Both the position numbers and the translations under genes were made by a program. Shown here piece after piece: positions 54,848 to 60,648 of a DNA stretch of 60,648 bases. Within the stretch, counting starts at the first letter, position 1, and the number at the start of each line of letters is the position of its first letter. Source of the stretch: an uncultured Pseudomonadales bacterium (GTDB taxonomy: Bacteria > Patescibacteriota > Microgenomatia > UBA1400 > MFAQ01); the NCBI GenBank assembly GCA_964348455.1, contig CAYGCQ010000005.1, positions 1 through 60,648 of the forward strand. Direction: 5' to 3'. The notes beneath the pieces are model-generated. The model saw only the letters and a program-made list of their open reading frames with translations, was not told where the DNA came from and did not search any database.

Positions 54848-55777
54848 CTATCCAAACCAAACATCAGAGTCGACATGGAGATTGTTTAAATTCCAATTTC
54901 CAGTTACTTCTAAAACCATTGACCTTGCGTGATCAACAGTACAACGCATAGACTGTATACCTGTTCTGCGCCAGTCAGACTCATCCCCTAACAACGTAAA
55001 ACTCTCAGAACCGCGACAAAATGTAATCATAACTCGACCGGCAGTGCAAAAAACCCTCAACTCTGTCGAACCAAACATGCCGCTCATTCCAGATAATTTT
55101 GAGTTCTCAATATGTTTCCACAGCGCTTCACCAACCAAAGACTTGAAAGTCTCTCTCAGTAAACTGATTTCTTCAACAGCCCTTTTAGCTTCATAGTTAA
55201 ACTGCGTCGCCTTAGCAATCGACGATAGATCATCAATTCTGACATTGCTGGCTAGGTTAGATTCAAGTCTTAAAGCTTTAAACCCCTGCTTCGGTTCTTT
55301 GAAAATATAAGCAGCATAATCATAATGTGAAAATGCACCAACATAGGTTGAAAGTCCTTTTTTGTAGAACTCATCAACATAGTGCCACCAGGTATAAACC
55401 ATCACCACTACCAGGTATTTAACCGGTTGAGAATGTTTTTCAACCAGTAGGTCTTTAAGAAAACTATGTGGAGTTTCATAATCCCATGAAATAATACCCA
55501 ACAACTCCCCATTCCCGGCAACCGCATACGCAGTAGGACTTACATGACCAACGAATTTATTATCGTCACTGGAAATGTAATGGGGGTCCAAACAAAACCT
55601 GGGTTTTATGAATAGAGTCTCTGAATCTGCAACCTGAACTTTTACAGAGCTAACTCTGCAAGTCTCGAGATCTGTGTTTATGACCTTTGGCAGAAAAGGA
55701 AACTCTTTTACGAACTGATCAATCCGCTTTTGATTTAATGTGCTCAATGTATATCCTCCTATGGCTTCCAGCCACAA
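54848..55777 (-). CDS. hypothetical protein
   Basis: 309-aa ORF. An AGGAGG followed by TTG at about 55747 may be the true start. Terminator at about 54820-54845. Confidence 0.6.
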   Translation of the reverse strand: MWLEAIGGYTLSTLNQKRIDQFVKEFPFLPKVINTDLETCRVSSVKVQVADSETLFIKPRFCLDPHYISSDDNKFVGHVSPTAYAVAGNGELLGIISWDYETPHSFLKDLLVEKHSQPVKYLVVVMVYTWWHYVDEFYKKGLSTYVGAFSHYDYAAYIFKEPKQGFKALRLESNLASNVRIDDLSSIAKATQFNYEAKRAVEEISLLRETFKSLVGEALWKHIENSKLSGMSGMFGSTELRVFCTAGRVMITFCRGSESFTLLGDESDWRRTGIQSMRCTVDHARSMVLEVTGNWNLNNLHVDSDVWFG

Positions 55778-55918
55778 ATATGAATTTCCAGCTTCCCGCT
55801 GGATAAAGGACGAGCCCTAAGGCCCCACAATTATACCTCACAACCTTAGCTGACGGAGTAAGCTCTTATGCAAAAAATTGCCCCTTACTAAAGGGGCAAA
55901 ACTAAAAAAATCCGTTTT

Positions 55919-56428
55919 CTACCTGATTGACTCATTCAAGATCTGGCCAAGGGCAATGTTCACAGCCTGAGTTAGAATCTCTTCTCGACGTATACCGGTC
56001 AAAGTGTAGTGAGGATCAGCATCATTCCCACCAAGTCTCTCAGCCACAATCATGCCTACCGTTGTAGTTTCGAAACCACGCCTTTGGGCCTCAAGAACAT
56101 ACAGAGAAGGAAAAACCACCCCTGCAGACTTGGCAATATATCGTATGCCGCTCTTGTTAGCCACTATGACCATAGCGAAGTCCATCCATGTAGGCCCAAC
56201 CTCTTCAATGCCATTTTCCATAGCCACATAATAATCATAGTCAGGCACTACACTGATCTGGTTCATACGGTTGACAGCCCCTCTAAGGGCTTCCTCGATC
56301 CCCACGGGTTGCTCATTTACCATTGAACGTGACCCTCGACCAAACACTTTTGGGGAAACACCACCAACAAAGGCGCTTTTAACCGCATTTAACTTTATCT
56401 GGCTGTTCGAAGCTACCAAAATCTTCAT
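55919..56428 (-). CDS. inosine/xanthosine triphosphatase, YjjX-like NTPase
   Basis: N-terminal MKILVASNSQIKLNAV, S.VNEQPVG and AMENGI segments parallel the YjjX family pattern. Confidence 0.6.
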   Translation of the reverse strand: MKILVASNSQIKLNAVKSAFVGGVSPKVFGRGSRSMVNEQPVGIEEALRGAVNRMNQISVVPDYDYYVAMENGIEEVGPTWMDFAMVIVANKSGIRYIAKSAGVVFPSLYVLEAQRRGFETTTVGMIVAERLGGNDADPHYTLTGIRREEILTQAVNIALGQILNESIR

Positions 56429-56580
56429 CTTGCCTCCTCATAAGTTCATGTGCTTTCAATCATGGATTATACCTCACAATAAAGAAAAAGAGGCATAACA
56501 ATTACATCTAAGAATAATTTATGTAATATCTAATACACATCTATATTGATTTTTGTAAGAAATAGTACTAGACTTACTTT

Positions 56581-57408
56581 GTGTTAAAAGTAAGATATAT
56601 TACCGTACTAAGAGCTCTACTCAGTTTTCTTGTAGTAATCTTTATATTTCCTTCAAAAATCTACGCAGCTGAACTCAATGTGCAAACAGACGTTATAAAC
56701 GACAATGGAGGCAACTGGAATCCCTCCGACTTCACCACTTTTGTAAAACTTAGAGGTTCGGATATTACGGGAAGCCCTACCGTCGGGAAAGCAGCGCCTG
56801 GAGAAACGTTTACTGTAAATCCAGGCCAATACAATGTCAGCGTAGCTCCGTACGAAAAATACACATCCTCATACAGTGGAGACTGTGATTCAGACGGAAA
56901 CGTTACCCTTGCAGATCAAGAAACAAAAACCTGTCTTATAACCAACAATGACTCTGCTCCAGGTATTTATGTTGTCACCGAAGTCATTAATGACAATGGT
57001 GGCATAGCCAACACCTCCGACTTTACAGTTCATATTAAATACAGCGGTGCAGAAGTTTCGGGTAGTCCATCCCCAAGCTCAGGCATTCCGGGAGTTTACT
57101 TTAGCAGCTTGAGACCGGGAACCTACCTAGTTTCCCAAGACTCAAACCCCTCCTACACCACCAGCTTCAGCGGTGACTGCGACATAGTCGGTAGCATCAC
57201 ATTGTCTTTAGGAAACAAAACATGTATCATCACCAACGATGACACCGTTAGCCCTGTACCACTTCTCCCAGAAGCCGGTAGTACTCAAAAAGCCAACCAG
57301 CGAATCTGTGTTAGTAGTAATACTCTGTCCTGGGTTTTAGGAATAATATTCTCATCATCCACAGTATTCTATCTCTACAAAAAAAATGTCTTTAAGAAAT
57401 GGTTTTGA
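56581..57408 (+). CDS. secreted two-repeat surface protein with an LPEAG sorting signal
   Basis: Signal peptide, two roughly 95-aa internal repeats (VINDNGG..SDFT..SGDCD..KTC.ITN.D), LPEAG at 57265-57279 followed by a TM helix and a basic tail. Confidence 0.75.
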   Translation: MLKVRYITVLRALLSFLVVIFIFPSKIYAAELNVQTDVINDNGGNWNPSDFTTFVKLRGSDITGSPTVGKAAPGETFTVNPGQYNVSVAPYEKYTSSYSGDCDSDGNVTLADQETKTCLITNNDSAPGIYVVTEVINDNGGIANTSDFTVHIKYSGAEVSGSPSPSSGIPGVYFSSLRPGTYLVSQDSNPSYTTSFSGDCDIVGSITLSLGNKTCIITNDDTVSPVPLLPEAGSTQKANQRICVSSNTLSWVLGIIFSSSTVFYLYKKNVFKKWF

Positions 57409-57422
57409 TAAGATAGTTTTGC

Positions 57423-58295
57423 ATGGATACTAAAAATATAGTAAGAGCAACTCTAATCCTTGGCTTATTCAGTGGAGCAGCTCTTCTTAGCTGGTACCAG
57501 TTCTTCTCACCCATATCGAATCCAACAAATCTAACTTCAGCAGTCAACACTAGCTCCTCGACCGGTTGGAAGTTTCCCGTATACCAATTTATTCCCTCTG
57601 GTCAGGTTACAGATTCCAATGCCTACTCAGAACTTCGAAAAGAAATGGAACCGAAAGGACTACCTGTTCGAATAAGGATTCCTGTGATTGGTGTAGATGC
57701 CGCTATCGAAGATGCTTACATAACACCTGACGGAAGGATGGACATCCCTGCCGGCTCAAACAACGTAGCTTGGTTTGCTCTGGGTCCTCGTCCTGGACAA
57801 ATAGGCAGTGCTGTCATTGGCGGTCACTATGGTATTGATAACGGTGTTCCAAAGGTTTTTTATAGACTAAACAACCTTGAAGTGGGCGATCTTATTACGG
57901 TAGTTGATGATCAGAGAAAAAACATTTCTTTTGAAGTCCAATCTATAAAGGTTTATGAACGAAATGCCGATGCCACTTCAGTTTTTATTTCCAACGACGG
58001 TCAATCTCACCTAAACTTAGTTACTTGTGACGGTATCTGGAATAGAGTTAACGACTCTTACCCAAACCGACGAGTTATTTTTGCAGACAGAATCTCAACT
58101 CTAGAATCAAACGATATCAGCCAAATCAATCCAACCGTTACCATCAGACCTAGCCTGCCGGAAGCAGGAGTATCAGACACTTTCCTTTCCACGACTTTAA
58201 AGGATTTATCTCAAAAGCCCCCAGTAACTTTACTTTTCTCCTTTATAGTTTTTTTAATTTTAGGCATTCTTGCAAAAATAATATTTCGTAAGTAA
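57423..58295 (+). CDS. sortase-family transpeptidase
   Basis: N-terminal TM helix, His region VIGGHYG, catalytic LVTCDG, Arg region NRRVIFA. Also carries LPEAG (58155-58169) plus a C-terminal TM helix. Confidence 0.8.
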   Translation: MDTKNIVRATLILGLFSGAALLSWYQFFSPISNPTNLTSAVNTSSSTGWKFPVYQFIPSGQVTDSNAYSELRKEMEPKGLPVRIRIPVIGVDAAIEDAYITPDGRMDIPAGSNNVAWFALGPRPGQIGSAVIGGHYGIDNGVPKVFYRLNNLEVGDLITVVDDQRKNISFEVQSIKVYERNADATSVFISNDGQSHLNLVTCDGIWNRVNDSYPNRRVIFADRISTLESNDISQINPTVTIRPSLPEAGVSDTFLSTTLKDLSQKPPVTLLFSFIVFLILGILAKIIFRK

Positions 58296-58340
58296 TCAGG
58301 TCTCAATTCCTTGCGCTCTTTGTTCGTGGTATATTGAGTT

Positions 58341-59099
58341 GTGGCCTCCGAGAACACAGCACCAGTTGCATCTTTAAACACCCCTTCTGGGACGTCGGCT
58401 GTTGATGATGCAATCGCGAAGTACCTGCCCTACCTCCAAGAGATTCAAAAAAAGTTGTTTATACTACTGATCGTTATTCTTGCTTCTGGTGTATTTGGTT
58501 TTATCTTTTATCAAAAAATTCTGACATTTGTCATGCATATTTTTAACCTAAAAGGTATCACCATTGTTCTTTCCTCACCTTACCAATTTATCGATCTTGC
58601 CATAAATACAGGCATAGCAACCGGAGTAATTATTGCCTTTCCCCTATTTGTATACTATCTCATGGGTTTTCTAAAACCGGCACTTGCTCGAGAAGAATAC
58701 AAACTTTTTTCTAGACTCGTTCCTCTGTCCATAATTTTATTCATTATTGGATTTGCTTTTGGAGGCTGGGTTATGCAGTTTATCATCAATCTTTACTCAC
58801 AAACAGCCATAGACTTTAATGTCACAAACATCTGGGACATTAGTCGCTTCTTTTCTCAAACCATTCTAATGGGGGTTTGCTTAGGTTTATTATTCGAAAT
58901 TCCGGTCGTCATCACTCTTCTAATAAAACTCAATATAGTCAAAAAGAAAACCATAACCAAGCATCGCCGCATAATTTACATGTCGATTGTCATCTTGGCT
59001 GCCCTAATGCCTCCCGCAGATGTTATATCCTTAGCCATTCTAACCTCAGTTCCCCTTTTCTTGTTTGAGATTGCTCTTCTATTAAATAAATCTATATAA
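58341..59099 (+). CDS. tatC: twin-arginine translocase subunit TatC
   Basis: Six-TM TatC layout with the conserved PAL..E.. segment after TM2 (FLKPALAREE) and a C-terminal ..PPD..S-type motif (MPPADVIS). Confidence 0.85.
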   Translation: MASENTAPVASLNTPSGTSAVDDAIAKYLPYLQEIQKKLFILLIVILASGVFGFIFYQKILTFVMHIFNLKGITIVLSSPYQFIDLAINTGIATGVIIAFPLFVYYLMGFLKPALAREEYKLFSRLVPLSIILFIIGFAFGGWVMQFIINLYSQTAIDFNVTNIWDISRFFSQTILMGVCLGLLFEIPVVITLLIKLNIVKKKTITKHRRIIYMSIVILAALMPPADVISLAILTSVPLFLFEIALLLNKSI

Positions 59100-59106
59100 T
59101 CTAAAT

Positions 59107-59349
59107 ATGTTCAGCAACATTGGATCAGGAGAAGTCATTATCGTAGTACTTGTTCTAATATTTCTATTCGGTGGAAAAAAACTCCCCGAACTAGCCAGAG
59201 GCTTAGGAGAATCAAGTCGCGATCTAAAGAAAATTAAAAAAGAACTCGAAGGTACCATCTCAGATATTAAAAGTGATGAAAAATCAGGAGACAAAATAGT
59301 AACTCCGGAAGACTCAGAAACGAAGGGGGGTGAAACCAGTAATGCCTAA
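59107..59349 (+). CDS. tatA: TatA/E family protein, copy 1
   Basis: MFSNIGSGEVIIVVLVLIFLFGGKKLPELARGLGES: canonical TM helix, FGxxKLP hinge and amphipathic helix. Confidence 0.85.
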   Translation: MFSNIGSGEVIIVVLVLIFLFGGKKLPELARGLGESSRDLKKIKKELEGTISDIKSDEKSGDKIVTPEDSETKGGETSNA

Positions 59350-59485
59350 TATAGGAGTAAATGAAATAATAATAATCGCCATCGTCATTATCGTACTCTT
59401 CGGAAGCAAGGCCATTCCAAATTTTATCAGAGGAATTGCCAAAGCCATAAAAGAGTTTCGCCAAGCGTCTAAAGGAGACAAGTGA
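59342..59485 (+). CDS. tatA: TatA/E family protein, copy 2 (47 aa, not in ORF track)
   Basis: MPNIGVNEIIIIAIVIIVLFGSKAIPNFIRGIAKAIKEFRQASKGDK. Its ATG overlaps the stop of copy 1. Confidence 0.7.
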   Translation: MPNIGVNEIIIIAIVIIVLFGSKAIPNFIRGIAKAIKEFRQASKGDK

Positions 59486-59519
59486 TATCATAGTTATTAA
59501 TTATTCACACTAAAAAAAT

Positions 59520-59684
59520 ATGTTTAAAAATATTGGATGGCCGGAAGTATTAGTCATCGTCGTCGTCTTAGTGCTTTTATTTGGAGGCAAGATTCTTCCT
59601 AAACTAGGTAAGAATCTTGGTGAATCCGGAAAAGAAATGAAGGATGCCACAAAAGAACTAAAGGACGCCGTCACAGAAAAATAA
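59520..59684 (+). CDS. tatA: TatA/E family protein, copy 3 (54 aa, not in ORF track)
   Basis: MFKNIGWPEVLVIVVVLVLLFGGKILPKLGKNLGESGKEMKDA... A terminator follows at about 59690-59715. Confidence 0.8.
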   Translation: MFKNIGWPEVLVIVVVLVLLFGGKILPKLGKNLGESGKEMKDATKELKDAVTEK

Positions 59685-59744
59685 ATACACAAACCCCGCA
59701 TTAGCGGGGTTTAGTGTATTAATAAAATGAAAGGAAATATATAA

Positions 59745-59915
59745 ATGTTTGGCAATCTAAGCTCAACAGATCTACTGGTAGTTGGACTGGTGCTGTTTCT
59801 GCTCTTTGGTGGAAAGAAGCTACCGGAAATGACCAGAGGCTTAATTGAATCTATCAAGCAGTTTCGAGATGAATTTAATGCGGGGGCTGCTGACCCGGAA
59901 GACAAAAAAAAATAA
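59745..59915 (+). CDS. tatA: TatA/E family protein, copy 4 (56 aa, not in ORF track)
   Basis: MFGNLSSTDLLVVGLVLFLLFGGKKLPEMTRGLIESIKQFRDEF... AAAGGAAA lies upstream. Confidence 0.8.
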   Translation: MFGNLSSTDLLVVGLVLFLLFGGKKLPEMTRGLIESIKQFRDEFNAGAADPEDKKK

Positions 59916-60083
59916 TTTATCTGGCCCACAATTAATCCCCTTTCATTATCAGAGAAGGTTTAGTATTTTACCCAACTCAGTTTCAAGCATGGAATTAATG
60001 GACTTACAGATCCAAAATCGTCTAAAATTATAGAAGCTGAACCTTCAGGAGGTTGTAAACTTTGGTAAGATAAGTAATCACAC

Positions 60084-60509
60084 ATGCCCAACAAAATTTA
60101 TAATGTAAAGCAGGCAGCTAAAATACTCGGCCTGTCTACCAACACTACCTATAAGTACCTTAATGAGGGTCGAATAAAGGCCGCTAGAGGTCACGTGAGA
60201 GGAACCTTCATCATCACCTCCCAATCACTGGAAAATTTTCTTGGTGCCAAGATCCCTGAAGACGCTCTAAAAGATGATGAAACCATAGGAAATGCCACCA
60301 TAAGAGATGGTGAGGCAATCATTCAGGTCCACTCCCCCACCTTAGCCACCAAAGCTACTCGACTACTTATCACATTATCCCTCCTGATAATTATTGCCGA
60401 TATCGTTTTTACTAAAGACTTTTCCCCAATATCCCAAATCGCCAGAATTATCCTAATTGCCATCCTTCTTCTGATCTCCTATCAGTTCGGAGGTTTTGTA
60501 AAAAAATGA
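60084..60509 (+). CDS. excisionase/MerR-type HTH protein with C-terminal TM helices
   Basis: YNVKQAAKILGLSTNTTYKYLNEGRIKA helix-turn-helix, then two hydrophobic helices. Confidence 0.65.
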   Translation: MPNKIYNVKQAAKILGLSTNTTYKYLNEGRIKAARGHVRGTFIITSQSLENFLGAKIPEDALKDDETIGNATIRDGEAIIQVHSPTLATKATRLLITLSLLIIIADIVFTKDFSPISQIARIILIAILLLISYQFGGFVKK

Positions 60510-60516
60510 AATACTC

Positions 60517-60648
60517 ATGAGAAAATCTCAGCTGCAGCTAATTGACAGCGGACTTTTCCTTTATGGAAGTTTAGTGACATTTTTTCTTGTAATTTCTGCC
60601 TTTTTTAATCTCAGTGGACCGGGAAACATCATCATCTTGATACTATTC
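60517..60648 (+). CDS. hypothetical membrane protein, 3' end outside window
   Basis: ATG 8 nt after the previous stop. Open and hydrophobic to the window end. Confidence 0.35.
   Translation, partial: MRKSQLQLIDSGLFLYGSLVTFFLVISAFFNLSGPGNIIILILF

Noticed and set aside
1-60648. Alternative genetic code (UGA recoded, as in some CPR lineages)
   Set aside because: Conserved genes terminate at their expected lengths, and UGA serves as a stop (for example tatA copy 2 at 59483-59485). Code 11 fits.

Overview
This is an AT-rich bacterial fragment with compact genes and many small membrane or secreted orphan proteins. The housekeeping set is reduced, and the overall pattern fits a Patescibacteria/CPR-like genome; that assignment is inference, since no rRNA is present. 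The standard genetic code applies.

Recognisable core genes:
- dnaX-ybaB-(extra ORF)-recR, ybeY, rpsU-yqeY, a HIT protein, rseP, frr, tsf-rpsB and folD
- an Nramp transporter, topA, mrdA/mreD-like/mreC/mreB, def-fmt, rpmB and a bacterial Elp3
- pyrH, a YjjX-like NTPase, a sortase with its substrate, and tatC followed by four tatA paralogues

There are four tRNA genes: Thr-UGU twice, Thr-GGU and Tyr-GUA. I found no rRNA, CRISPR array, transposase or integrase.

The most unusual locus is 25.9-27.8 kb, between topA and mrdA. This G+C-enriched 1.9 kb has no credible ORF. On the minus strand it resolves into three tandem RNAs of about 500-635 nt. Each has its own near-consensus promoter and intrinsic terminator. 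Two of them share an identical 52-nt 5' module followed by a covarying long hairpin. I could not match any of the three to RNase P, tmRNA, SRP or group II intron signatures.

Other notable items:
- a 169-nt highly structured repeat present three times, each copy abutting a terminator T-tract
- a protein kinase-like/RtcB-like fusion gene just downstream of a tRNA
- a MITE-like palindromic family, including in-frame insertions in CDSs
- a duplicated tRNA 3' end flanking a G+C-rich 123-nt insert
- a tRNA-bounded accessory segment with a frameshifted HNH endonuclease
- two homopolymer frameshifts

All calls come from reading the sequence and ORF track by eye. No database search or folding computation was run.
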